DNA of 61,944 nt, filler included. It is 4 parts of 4 records of this genome, joined end to end, with 100 filler letters (N's around TTAATTAATTAA, not from the genome) between each part and the next. Parts side by side here need not be neighbours in the genome. Positions count along the whole stretch, not along the records: positions 1 to 20,640 come from DRR723986_814; 3 more parts are not named here. The stretch is one strand, 5' to 3'. The position numbers and the translations under genes are program-made. Below are positions 1 through 8,652 of the stretch, piece by piece. How positions within the stretch are numbered: the first letter of the stretch is position 1; each line of letters begins with the position of its first letter. A model generated the notes under the pieces. The model was not told where the DNA came from, did not search any database, and saw only the letters and a program-made list of their open reading frames with translations.

Positions 1-25
1 ATCTATTGGCTATGAGTCCTGACCC
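1..25 (+). mobile_element. 3' end of an IS5-family (IS427-group-like) element: last transposase codons plus terminal inverted repeat, cut by the contig start
   Basis: Reads ATC TAT TGG CTA TGA (I-Y-W-L-stop), matching the I-F-W-L-stop end of the transposase at 7457. Overlapping ATGAGTCCTGACCC (12-25) resembles ATGAGTCCTGAGCC of the other copy and is followed by TA. Confidence 0.75.
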
Positions 26-70
26 TAGCCGTAACTATACAGTGCCAGCTCGAGCGGTGTCTCTCGCCTC

Positions 71-2326
71 TCAAGTATCTTCGCGAAACGAATAGATCGG
101 GCTTGACCAGGCGACGTGGCCGTCCTCGAACCGGGCGCGAATATAATGGGCGCTGTCACCTTTCGGCTTCAACGCCACTTGTCGGGTGAACCGGACCGGC
201 CCTCCGGGCAATTCATCCGGCAGGCGGATGAGCGTCAGCCGCTTGTCGAGGCCCCCACAATCAACGGAAACACCCGCCCGATCCAGATCACCCAGTTTCG
301 CATGCAACTTTCCGTGGTTCGTAGACAGCGTGATTATCGCGTCGGGCCTTTCCTCGGCCAGCCAGAGATCGACGATCTGTTCGCCGCCTGTCGTCACACC
401 GGTCAGCGACACACTATCGGGGCCTTCCTGAACAGGTTGCACGGCCGGGTTATAGAAGTTATGCGCCGTCATCCGGTCGATGCCGGCCCCTTCCAGGCGT
501 GCCGTCCCCTGCCATTTCACGAGCCGCCCGCGCCCGCGGGTTTCTTGCCCGCTCAGCACGATGCGCAGGCGCTTTCCAGGGTCTGCTGCGTCGGGAAAGA
601 TCGTCCCGACCAGGTCACAGCCGTCGAAAAGCTCGATTCGCTCCACCGGAGCGGCCGCGTGAACGACCACCGAAAGTTCAGCCTCGGAAGACGGCGTTGC
701 GACGATGTCGCCCATGATCGCCTGCCGGGTGATCCTGTGTTGGGTGTCACCCAAGGCGGGGTTGTGCGCGAACAGCCGCGAGTCCGCCGGATATGCCATG
801 CCAACCGAAAGCAGCACCCGCGCACCGGTTGTGGCATAGTGGTGCCGCGCCCGGAAAGCACTGAACAACGCGTCGCGGGTCAATTCCGGCATGAGATGGC
901 AGGTCAATCCGCCGTAGGCGCCGAACTTTGCGTCACCGGGGTACGAGGCACCGGGCCGCCCCTTATGCCCGTCGCTGGCCGCGACAACGCCAACGCGATA
1001 TCCCGATTTCAACGCGTCGCTCAGAATCCAGTCGAAGGTTCCCCAGGAGGAATGGACCTCGACCGACGGTTCCAACGCCGCTTCATGGGCATAGGTTACA
1101 TCGGCAAACCGCCCACCGACGTGGGGCACGACCAGCGCATCTTCCCGGGCCAGGGCCGCGAACAATTCAGTCACATCGTGACAGTCAGTTTCAGGATGGC
1201 TTTGGTCTTGGACAATGGCGCGGGAGGACCGATAGATCGGCCGCCCCTCATGGCGGTACCAGACATTGTGATCTCCGCCCAGACCAGTGTTGCCCGACCA
1301 TTCGTATCCCGGCAAGGCGAGAAAACAGCCTTCGTCGTTGAACTCGGCTGTCAGGGCATTGATCTCGGCCCAGAAAGCATCAGATATCTGAAAATCGTTT
1401 CCCTGATGGCCGGTAATGTCCAGAAACGATCGGTCGCGGGCAAAGGCGAAATATTCACGCGCGGTGCCTGAACCGATGGTTTCGCCGCTTTGTCCGTGCA
1501 TGTCGGACCAGAAATGCCGTGTTTCCCCATCGAACAGGTGCAGCGGATTGGAACGGGCGACGATGCGATCGTCGAGTTCCACGCTTACCTCAATCGGGGC
1601 TTCGCCCGTTGCACTGAGTCCCTCGAGCACAGCGGCAAACATTCCCGGGCGCAGCGTCACATTCCTTGGCAAACAGTCGATGGTCCCATTGGACAGAAGT
1701 TTCAATTCGGTGTCGCAAGCATGCCGATCGGTCGGGTTGCCCCAAATGTCCTCGGCCTTGATGATCAGGCGAAACCGGTCTTCGGGGCGGCGCAGGGTGG
1801 GAAGGATCGCCTTCCAGACGGCCGGGGGCCCTGGTCGGATGGCAACGGTGGGCTGCGCGTCCTCTTCCAGCGCCGTGTAATCGGCCGTGGCAAAGGCATC
1901 GACCGTTACCCTGAACTGGTGCTGACTTTCGCAATGTGTCTGCATCCTGACACCTGGCGAACCTTGACGCCGGTCACCGATACGGAACACTATCTCGTCC
2001 CCCGGCTTCAGGAAGCGGCGGCACAGAACCGTGATGCAAAGCCCCCAGGGCCGAAGGTTTCGCTTGTAGCTGAAATCGACCTCAAGCGGCACACCGTTCG
2101 ACGTCTCGACGCTCAGATAGCCGGGCGCCTTGGGGTCATCCGTCTGAAGCGGGGTCATGTCCGAATGGGTTCGGAATGCCACCTTCAAGCCGCCCATGTC
2201 GTCGATCCCAAACTTGCCCGCCGTGTAGACCAGCATGAAATCCGTCCATTCTCCTGCGGTTACTTCGGAAGGGCCGTCTATACGGGCAGAGCCCATGAGA
2301 TCGCGTCGGTAGTCGTGGTTGGGCAT
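71..2326 (-). CDS. DUF3604-like protein (PHP-type metal-dependent hydrolase fold)
   Basis: 751 aa. Motifs WSDMHGQS, GHQGND, GYEWS...GDHNV, PHVGG, EVHSSWG, ASDGHKGRPG and RHHYATTG are typical of DUF3604/CehA-like PHP proteins. Confidence 0.75.
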   Translation of the reverse strand: MPNHDYRRDLMGSARIDGPSEVTAGEWTDFMLVYTAGKFGIDDMGGLKVAFRTHSDMTPLQTDDPKAPGYLSVETSNGVPLEVDFSYKRNLRPWGLCITVLCRRFLKPGDEIVFRIGDRRQGSPGVRMQTHCESQHQFRVTVDAFATADYTALEEDAQPTVAIRPGPPAVWKAILPTLRRPEDRFRLIIKAEDIWGNPTDRHACDTELKLLSNGTIDCLPRNVTLRPGMFAAVLEGLSATGEAPIEVSVELDDRIVARSNPLHLFDGETRHFWSDMHGQSGETIGSGTAREYFAFARDRSFLDITGHQGNDFQISDAFWAEINALTAEFNDEGCFLALPGYEWSGNTGLGGDHNVWYRHEGRPIYRSSRAIVQDQSHPETDCHDVTELFAALAREDALVVPHVGGRFADVTYAHEAALEPSVEVHSSWGTFDWILSDALKSGYRVGVVAASDGHKGRPGASYPGDAKFGAYGGLTCHLMPELTRDALFSAFRARHHYATTGARVLLSVGMAYPADSRLFAHNPALGDTQHRITRQAIMGDIVATPSSEAELSVVVHAAAPVERIELFDGCDLVGTIFPDAADPGKRLRIVLSGQETRGRGRLVKWQGTARLEGAGIDRMTAHNFYNPAVQPVQEGPDSVSLTGVTTGGEQIVDLWLAEERPDAIITLSTNHGKLHAKLGDLDRAGVSVDCGGLDKRLTLIRLPDELPGGPVRFTRQVALKPKGDSAHYIRARFEDGHVAWSSPIYSFREDT

Positions 2327-2351
2327 GGTCGGTCTGCTCCGGCTTTCTTTC

Positions 2352-3449
2352 TCAGGTGGTTTCAGTTGCGGGGGGCAGCTTCTCTACCATGCGGGTGGGA
2401 TCGACGATCAGCCGGTCGAACATCCTGTTGCACCACATCAGTGCGCCCGACAGGTTGAGAAATGTTTCGGGCATGATCGGCCACTCGGCGATCAGCACGC
2501 CCCCCGACCGCTCATGATCGTGCAACATGGTCTCTCCGACCCGCTCGGCACTCTGGCGTGCGGCGCGGCCCAAGCCTTCCGTGAACTCCGAGGCCCGTTG
2601 GTTGCGCTTGTGTGCCATGGCTGAAGAGGCTCCCTGTCCTGCGCGATGTTCCTCCCGCAGCTCGCCGATTTCGGTGCCCGACATCAGGTTCACGTTGCGT
2701 CCGATGCGTGAGAGGGTCGCGCCCAGCAGCCCGGCGGCCAAGACGATCTGCGCCATCCCGTCACGGGCGTTCTGCCAGTGGGATGGCGGAACGCCAAGGC
2801 CAAGGCGTGTTGCCAGGTTTTGGCGAAGCGCCATCGCGGTCTCGGCGGGCCAGTCTGACAATTCACCCACCGGGCCGCCGAATTGTACCGTCAGTCCCGC
2901 TTCGCCGGCCTGGGCCAATGCGTCGCGGCGCCGTTCCAACTCGGCCCGCCACGAGGTGAGCTTGGTCTGAAAACACATGGGCACCGCGTGCTGATGGTTG
3001 GAGCGCCCCATCATCGTTTGGGCACCATGGCGGGCACCAAGATCGTCGATCCTTGACAGGAGGGCGGCGATGTCATCTTCAACCTCCTCAAGCGACTGAC
3101 GCGCGCGCAGGGCCAGGGCGCTGTCCATCAGATCGAAGGTGGTAACGCCCCGGTGAATGTGCGGTCCCGCTTTCGGCCCTGCAAGTTCGCGCAACTGTTT
3201 GACAAAGCCCATGATGGGCCGCCCGACCAACAGTGCATCCTCGGCCAGACGCTCCCTGTCGATCCTGTCATCCGTGATTTCGGAAAGGGCGTGCGCCGCC
3301 TGCGCGTCGATGAGCCGTAGATCGGCCTGCGCCGCGGCAATGGCCTGTTCCACCCGCAGCCAGGCAGCGATCCCTGCATCGTCCGACCAGATCCTGCGCA
3401 TCCGTGGCGTCGAGAACAGATCGCGAAACAATCCGTCGTTGCGCATCAT
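2352..3449 (-). CDS. Fumarase/aspartase-superfamily lyase (PcaB/adenylosuccinate lyase-like), 365 aa
   Basis: Signature GASSAMAHKRN plus HRGVTTFDLMD and QFGGPVG. Start placed at ATG 3449, overlapping the tctA stop (ATGA); the longer ORF-track N-terminus lies inside tctA. Confidence 0.85.
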   Translation of the reverse strand: MMRNDGLFRDLFSTPRMRRIWSDDAGIAAWLRVEQAIAAAQADLRLIDAQAAHALSEITDDRIDRERLAEDALLVGRPIMGFVKQLRELAGPKAGPHIHRGVTTFDLMDSALALRARQSLEEVEDDIAALLSRIDDLGARHGAQTMMGRSNHQHAVPMCFQTKLTSWRAELERRRDALAQAGEAGLTVQFGGPVGELSDWPAETAMALRQNLATRLGLGVPPSHWQNARDGMAQIVLAAGLLGATLSRIGRNVNLMSGTEIGELREEHRAGQGASSAMAHKRNQRASEFTEGLGRAARQSAERVGETMLHDHERSGGVLIAEWPIMPETFLNLSGALMWCNRMFDRLIVDPTRMVEKLPPATETT

Positions 3450-4933
3450 GCCTTTTGCCCTCCGCGCCACGCACCGCGCAGTTTCAACGCCAGTCCGCCA
3501 AGCCCCAGCAGCAGGAATGCCAGCGCAACGGGCCGTTGCACGAAGATCAGAAGCCCCTGGTCCGACATCAGTAGCGATTGGCGAAACGTCTCTTCCGCGC
3601 CTTTGGCCAAAACGAAAGCGATGATGAAGGCCGCGACATTGAAACCCATCCGCCGCATGCCCCAACCGGCGACTCCGGCCACGACCATCACCAACACGTC
3701 GAACATCGACCCCTTGGCGGAAAATGCCGCGATGAAGGCAACCAGAAAGATCATCGGGTAAAGCCAGCGTGTCGGCACCCGCACGATAAGCGCTCCGACC
3801 CGGCTGGCCCCGAAATAACCAAGCAGGCCATAGAAGACGATCCCGATCAGCCCGCATGCAAAGAGTTGATAGATCAGGTCGCCCGAAGTCAGGAACAGTG
3901 TCGGACCCACCTGAATCCCGTGAATCAGAAATACCCCCAGCAGGATAGCCCCAATCGTCGAGCCGGGAATGCCCAGGGTAAGCAGCGGCGCCATTGACGG
4001 GCCCGAGACAGCATTGTTGGCCGCTTCCGGTGCCGCAATGCCTTCCAGGGCGCCATTGCCCCAGGCCTCGGGGTTTTTCGTGCGCCGCTTGCCCTCGCCA
4101 TAGGAAACGAAGGCGGCGATGGCCGATCCGAGACCCGGCAAAACCCCGATTCCGCCGCCGATCAGTCCGCCGCGCAGGGCATGGGGCAGACATGGGCGGT
4201 ATTCGTCCCAGGTAAGGCCGTTGTCCCGCGCATTGCCCAAGCTGATCTTTCCCGCTGGAAGGTTGACCTTTTCCAGCTGGTCGAACACCTCGCCCAGCAC
4301 GAAAACACCAACCATCAGGGGCACAAGGCTGATGCCGTTCATCAGATCGAAACTACCGAAGACGTAGCGTTCTGCGCCCGAGATCGGGTCGATGCCGATC
4401 ATGGCGACCAACACACCCAGCAGCGCGCTTGCCAGTCCCTTCAACACCGATTTGCCGATCACTGAACCGACGATCACGAATGCGGCGAAGTAGATCGCAA
4501 ATGTCTCGGGCGGGCCGAGCTTGAGCGCGGTGGCGGCGATCCAGCCGATACCGACAATCAGGAGGATGTCGCCCATCAGATCACCGATCACCGATGACAC
4601 GGTGGCAACCTTCATCGCCTTTCCCGCCTTGCCCATCCGCGCCAGAGGATATCCGTCAATCTGCGTGGCGGCCGATGCCGCGGTGCCAGGCGTATTGAAC
4701 AGAATGGCCGAGATCGACCCGCCATAGCGCCCTGATTTGCCGATCACGTAAAGGAAGGCCAGCGCAAAAAGCGGGTCCATGTAATAGGTCAGGGGGAGCA
4801 GCATGGCGATGGCCGCGGCGGCCGTCAGCCCCGGCGTGGCCCCGACCACCATACCGACGGCGGCGGCCATGAAAACGGTGGCCACGAGCAATGGATTTGC
4901 CAGGACAGCAAACAGGGCGGGAAAGATATCCAC
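3446..4933 (-). CDS. tctA: Tripartite tricarboxylate transporter large permease
   Basis: 495 aa hydrophobic protein with GATPGL, GGSISAILFNTPGT, GIAAPEAANNA and LTLGIPGS motifs. Confidence 0.95.
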   Translation of the reverse strand: MDIFPALFAVLANPLLVATVFMAAAVGMVVGATPGLTAAAAIAMLLPLTYYMDPLFALAFLYVIGKSGRYGGSISAILFNTPGTAASAATQIDGYPLARMGKAGKAMKVATVSSVIGDLMGDILLIVGIGWIAATALKLGPPETFAIYFAAFVIVGSVIGKSVLKGLASALLGVLVAMIGIDPISGAERYVFGSFDLMNGISLVPLMVGVFVLGEVFDQLEKVNLPAGKISLGNARDNGLTWDEYRPCLPHALRGGLIGGGIGVLPGLGSAIAAFVSYGEGKRRTKNPEAWGNGALEGIAAPEAANNAVSGPSMAPLLTLGIPGSTIGAILLGVFLIHGIQVGPTLFLTSGDLIYQLFACGLIGIVFYGLLGYFGASRVGALIVRVPTRWLYPMIFLVAFIAAFSAKGSMFDVLVMVVAGVAGWGMRRMGFNVAAFIIAFVLAKGAEETFRQSLLMSDQGLLIFVQRPVALAFLLLGLGGLALKLRGAWRGGQKA

Positions 4934-4936
4934 GGA

Positions 4937-5395
4937 TCACCTCCTGAACCAATCGGGGGGATTGAGCACGGTGCCATAAGGTGGGAAGACCCCCAGCCCG
5001 ACAAAGAACAGCACATGCAGCACGAGCGGGCAGAGCACTGCCGCAATGCAAAGCGGCAGGAGCCGGCGCACACCGAACAACCACAGGGCGGCCGGCGCGG
5101 CAGCCGCCGTGGGTAGGTCGTAACCGAAAAGGCCCATCGCCTGCTGATAGAGAACGGCCAGAACCGCCAACGCGGTAACGCGAAGGATCGCGCTCCGCTC
5201 GGGTTGCGCGGGTGCCTCTGTCGTGCGGGCCGCGACAGCACCGCGTACCATCAACCCACCGACCAGCATGAGGGCAAGGGCCGCGCCCAAAGGCAGGGCC
5301 CCCGCCCATGTTTCACCTTCGGGTGCGGAACGGATCGTCCAGGCCCCAAAGGCGAAGAACAGCCCTAGTGCCAGCGAGACGATACCTTCCTTCAT
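4937..5395 (-). CDS. tctB: Tripartite tricarboxylate transporter small permease
   Basis: About 152 aa, 4-5 hydrophobic segments, between tctC and tctA. Start chosen at MKEGIVSL. Confidence 0.85.
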   Translation of the reverse strand: MKEGIVSLALGLFFAFGAWTIRSAPEGETWAGALPLGAALALMLVGGLMVRGAVAARTTEAPAQPERSAILRVTALAVLAVLYQQAMGLFGYDLPTAAAAPAALWLFGVRRLLPLCIAAVLCPLVLHVLFFVGLGVFPPYGTVLNPPDWFRR

Positions 5396-5411
5396 GCCAG
5401 CGCCAAACCTG

Positions 5412-6362
5412 TCACTTGAACGCTTCGACCAGTGGCGCGACATCCGCGCTCATGGTCTCCAGCTTCGTTTGGGCCTCAGGTCCGGTGGCAAACCCAGGGG
5501 CGGTGCCTGCCTTGCTTAACGCTTCGGCAAAATCCGGCTTGGCAGTAATTGTCTCGATCGCGGATTCTAGGTATTTCAGCGCCTCGGCGGGCGTCCCCTT
5601 GGGCGCCAGCATCAGCACCGGTGAGGAAACGGCCGCGTAGGGCACGCCCTGTTCCTTGAGCGTGGGCACATCGGCCATGATTGAATCCCGCTCTGCCGCG
5701 TTCAGACCCAGGGGGTTCAGCTGATCTTCGAACCCGGCGAGTTGTTGAATGCCGAGAAAGGCAAAATCGACCTGATTGCCAATCAAGGCGGCACGGGTCG
5801 GCCCACCCCCTCCAAAAGGCACGTCCTGCGCATCAATGCCGTTCTTCTCCAGAAACCCGACACCGGCGACATGGTGGAAGCTGCCGCGACCCGAATGGGC
5901 CCAACGCAGTTCACCTGGCTTTTCCTTCGCGGCGGCGATCAGGTCTTGCACTGTCTCGTAGGGGCTGCCCTCTGGCACCATCAGGGCCGTGGTTAGGTCG
6001 CCGATCTGTGCCACGAATTCGAAATCATTAATTGCATCGACATCGGTGTCGCGCACCATGGTCGACAGCAGGAGCGATCCTCCTGACACGATCATCACGG
6101 TGTAGCCATCGGGCCGGGCGCTCTTGACGGACTGGGCGCCGTTCAACCCGCCAGAACCCTGGCGATTGACGACAGCCGTGGGCACGGCAACGACATCGTC
6201 GCCCTGGGCCGCCAATGTACGGGCGTAAGTGTCGACGCCGCCACCGGGGGAATGAGGCACGATCATCGTTATCGGGCGGGTCGGATAGTCCTGGGCCATC
6301 GCCCCTGTTGCCGTCATTGCGGTTATGGCAAGGGCGGTCGCCGCGAAGGTTCTGCGCTTCAT
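5412..6362 (-). CDS. tctC: Tripartite tricarboxylate transporter substrate-binding protein (Bug/TctC)
   Basis: Signal peptide, then YPTRPITMIVPHSPGGGVD and ARPDGYT Bug-family motifs. Start MKRRTF follows an AGGAAGGA RBS. Confidence 0.93.
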   Translation of the reverse strand: MKRRTFAATALAITAMTATGAMAQDYPTRPITMIVPHSPGGGVDTYARTLAAQGDDVVAVPTAVVNRQGSGGLNGAQSVKSARPDGYTVMIVSGGSLLLSTMVRDTDVDAINDFEFVAQIGDLTTALMVPEGSPYETVQDLIAAAKEKPGELRWAHSGRGSFHHVAGVGFLEKNGIDAQDVPFGGGGPTRAALIGNQVDFAFLGIQQLAGFEDQLNPLGLNAAERDSIMADVPTLKEQGVPYAAVSSPVLMLAPKGTPAEALKYLESAIETITAKPDFAEALSKAGTAPGFATGPEAQTKLETMSADVAPLVEAFK

Positions 6363-6437
6363 GAGTGATTCCTTCCTGTTGTGCCGGTAGCATAGCGGGG
6401 GAATTAGATGTGTGGGATGCAAAGACCTTTACAGGCA

Positions 6438-6452
6438 TTGCGTTCTATGCAA
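6438..6452. promoter_or_regulatory. Putative LysR binding box (T-N11-A)
   Basis: Dyad TTGC-GTTCTAT-GCAA in the divergent tctC/lysR intergenic region. Confidence 0.5.
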
Positions 6453-6464
6453 CGCCTCGGGGCC

Positions 6465-7379
6465 ATGAACGTGAAAGCCCTGCGCGCCTTCCATCTTACC
6501 TTCTCCGAAGGGGGGATCGGTCGTGCCGCGCGGATAATGAACCTCAGCACCCCGGCGGTCAGCCGCCTCATCTCGGGGCTTGAGGGGGAATTGCGCCTGC
6601 AGTTGTTCCATCGTCGCGGGCGCGGGTTGATCCCCACCGACGAAGGCGTGTCCTTCTTCCGCGAAGCCGGGCGTATTCTTGAGAATATAGCCGAGATTCC
6701 CCGCATCGCCGACGATCTGCGCCGTGGCCGCCCCCCAAGCCTGCGGATCGTCACCATGCCCCGCGCCGCCCGCTCGCTCGCGGCGCCCGCGGTCACGGGC
6801 TATCTCGAGGCCCACCCCGATGCCTCGATCAGCGTTGATGTCCGCGCGCGGCGTGAATCCGGAAACTGGCTGGCCGGGCGGACCTATGACATGGGGATCG
6901 GTGCGCTGCCTGTCGACAACCCTGAAATTCGCGCGGTGCCCCTGTTGCAGGCCCGCGCAGTCGCGGTTCTTCCCGTCACGCACGCCAAGGCCTTGGCCGA
7001 CAGGATCCACGCGCAAGACCTCGATGACAGCGGCCTGATCGGCCTGATGCCAAACCTGCTGATGCGCGAACAGATGGATGATTTCTTTCGCTCGTCCGGT
7101 ATCGTTCCGCGATTCCGGGCCGAGGTTTCAACCTTCCAGCTCGCGTTCGAGCTTGTCTCTTGCGGATGCGGCACCACCATCGGCGATGCGCTTTCGCTTC
7201 ATGGAATGGAGCCACATTCACTGGTGATCAGACCACTGGCACCGGAACGCTGGATACAATTCGGCATCCTCTATCCCCGGCGAGTCGAGCTGACGGCCCA
7301 GGCGAAGATCTTTGAGACTTTCCTGATCGCCCGCGCCCGCGCCCTGGTTGCCGAAAGTCCCGCGCTATTCAGGATGTGA
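6465..7379 (+). CDS. LysR-family transcriptional regulator
   Basis: N-terminal HTH (AARIMNLSTPAVSRLISGLE...LFHRRGRGLIPT), about 304 aa, divergent from tctC. Confidence 0.93.
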   Translation: MNVKALRAFHLTFSEGGIGRAARIMNLSTPAVSRLISGLEGELRLQLFHRRGRGLIPTDEGVSFFREAGRILENIAEIPRIADDLRRGRPPSLRIVTMPRAARSLAAPAVTGYLEAHPDASISVDVRARRESGNWLAGRTYDMGIGALPVDNPEIRAVPLLQARAVAVLPVTHAKALADRIHAQDLDDSGLIGLMPNLLMREQMDDFFRSSGIVPRFRAEVSTFQLAFELVSCGCGTTIGDALSLHGMEPHSLVIRPLAPERWIQFGILYPRRVELTAQAKIFETFLIARARALVAESPALFRM

Positions 7380-7456
7380 ACCGGCACTGTAAAGTTAACG
7401 GATCGAGCACACGGTGATGCTGGGCCGACTTTGTTAGGCTCAGGACTCATTCCGAC

Positions 7457-7846
7457 TCATAGCCAGAAGATGACAGTTGCGGCGAGTGAGATCGCTGAGA
7501 AGAAGGTCTTCGGGCGTCGGTCGTACCGCGTTGCAACGCGCCGCCAGTCCTTGCGCCTGCCAAATATGATCTCAATGCGATTGCGGCGTTTGTACCGCCG
7601 CTTGTCATACCGGATGGGCGTCTTCCGTTTCTTCCGGCCCGGAATGCAAGGATGTATCTTCTTGTCCTGTAAGGCTTCTCTGAACCAGTCGGCATCGTAA
7701 CCGCGATCTCCGAGAAGCCACATCACTTTGGGCAGCCGGCTGACGAGCGCACGCGCCCCGATATAGTCGCTGATGGGACCGGCCGTCAGGAATAGGTCGA
7801 TGGGCCGGCCGCGGCTGTCGCATATGGCGTGCAGCTTCGTATTCAT
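7457..7846 (-). CDS. IS5 transposase C-terminal (DDE) part, -1 frame relative to orfA
   Basis: NTKLHAICD, LLGDRGYDAD and YKRRNRIE...WRRVATRYDR motifs. The frame is open upstream through GRLIGRTKGG. Confidence 0.9.
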   Translation of the reverse strand: MNTKLHAICDSRGRPIDLFLTAGPISDYIGARALVSRLPKVMWLLGDRGYDADWFREALQDKKIHPCIPGRKKRKTPIRYDKRRYKRRNRIEIIFGRRKDWRRVATRYDRRPKTFFSAISLAATVIFWL

Positions 7847-7866
7847 GCCGCCCTTGGTCCGGCCAA

Positions 7867-8214
7867 TCAGGCGTCCAGGCCCCCCTTCTTGACGCCCAAG
7901 CTGGACGCCGTGGGATGGGCCTTCAGGTGGGTGGCGTCAATCATCACAGTCGTCTCCTCGCCGTGCTCAGCGGCCAGTCCCGCCATGATCCGGGCGAAGA
8001 CGCCTCTATCGCTCCATCGTTTCCAGCGATTGTAGAGGGTCTTGTGGGGGCCATACTCCCTTGCGGTGTCGCGCCACCGCAAGCCGTTGCGATTGATGAA
8101 GATAATGCCACTAAGAACCCGCCGGTCATCAACTAGGGGCTTGCCGTGCGACTTCGGAAAGAAAGGTTCAAGACGCGCCATCTGGGCATCGCTCAACCAG
8201 AGAAGATCAGACAT
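7867..8214 (-). CDS. IS5 transposase N-terminal part (orfA)
   Basis: WLSDAQMARLEPFFP...DDRRVLSGI...GLRWRD...YGPHKTLYNRWKRWS...MIDATHLKAH, ending KKGG at the frameshift window. Confidence 0.9.
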   Translation of the reverse strand: MSDLLWLSDAQMARLEPFFPKSHGKPLVDDRRVLSGIIFINRNGLRWRDTAREYGPHKTLYNRWKRWSDRGVFARIMAGLAAEHGEETTVMIDATHLKAHPTASSLGVKKGGLDA

Positions 8215-8288
8215 GGTCACCGCTCGCTTTTGAGCGGTGAGTCATAAACCCCCAGCCAAATCAATGGGTCCTTAGCCTAAGTGGAAAC

Positions 8289-8303
8289 CAATGGGTCCTG
8301 AGC
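8289..8303. repeat. Orphan IS5-type terminal IR
   Basis: CAATGGGTCCTGAGC, a near copy of the IS end at 8262-8276, 11 bp outside the element. Confidence 0.7.
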
Positions 8304-8329
8304 TGAATCAACAAGGCACGCGCCGATGT

Positions 8330-8605
8330 GGCCGTGCCATCTTGTCGGGGGAGGACGCGAACTGCCAGCCGGGTATCTGCTAATTGCAGGACGCGGTGAT
8401 GATGTCAGCCTGCCGCGTGATCGACTTGAAACGCAACGGTCACCATTTCTCTGGTGGGGTGCAGGGCGCGCCGGCAGTGCAACGCGCCATCCTGCTCAAG
8501 CGGCACGCGGACATCCTGACCCAGGATGCAGGCGGCGTCACGCTTCGGATCGCAGGGGGCGGCGTCGACACTGGCTCTCTGGCCCGTGGTGGTTTCAACT
8601 GCTAA
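8330..8605 (+). pseudogene. C-terminal remnant of an enolase/mandelate-racemase-like protein
   Basis: One frame reads GRAILSGEDANCQPGIC*LQD...KRNGHHFSGGVQGAP...HADI...LRIAGG...GSL..GGF, with an internal TAA at 8381. I recognise SGED..Q.G...QD...RNGHH from proteins that accompany DUF993 clusters. No 5' part is present. Confidence 0.6.
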
Positions 8606-8652
8606 GGAGGGGGATGCCCGGGCGCGGGGTTCTGACCACACAAAGAGGGCGT

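Larger units (their letters stand above)
7437..8277 (-). mobile_element. IS5-family insertion sequence (IS427-group-like, 841 bp, two-ORF transposase)
   Basis: Terminal IRs GGCTCAGGACTCATT (7437-7451) and AATGGGTCCTTAGCC (8263-8277) match at 13/15 positions, with TA on both flanks. Encloses two transposase ORFs. Confidence 0.92.

Noticed and set aside
116-2458. Long plus-strand ORFs (451 and 322 aa) opposite the DUF3604 gene
   Set aside because: Antisense shadows caused by GC-rich codon bias, with no recognisable motifs.
3450-4193. N-terminal 248-aa extension of the lyase ORF
   Set aside because: It is an out-of-frame overlap with tctA. Homology starts at the ATGA-coupled Met at 3449.
8326-8652. 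N-terminal extension of the TetR ORF
   Set aside because: It overlaps the pseudogene remnant in another frame. The RBS and HTH position support a start at 8653.
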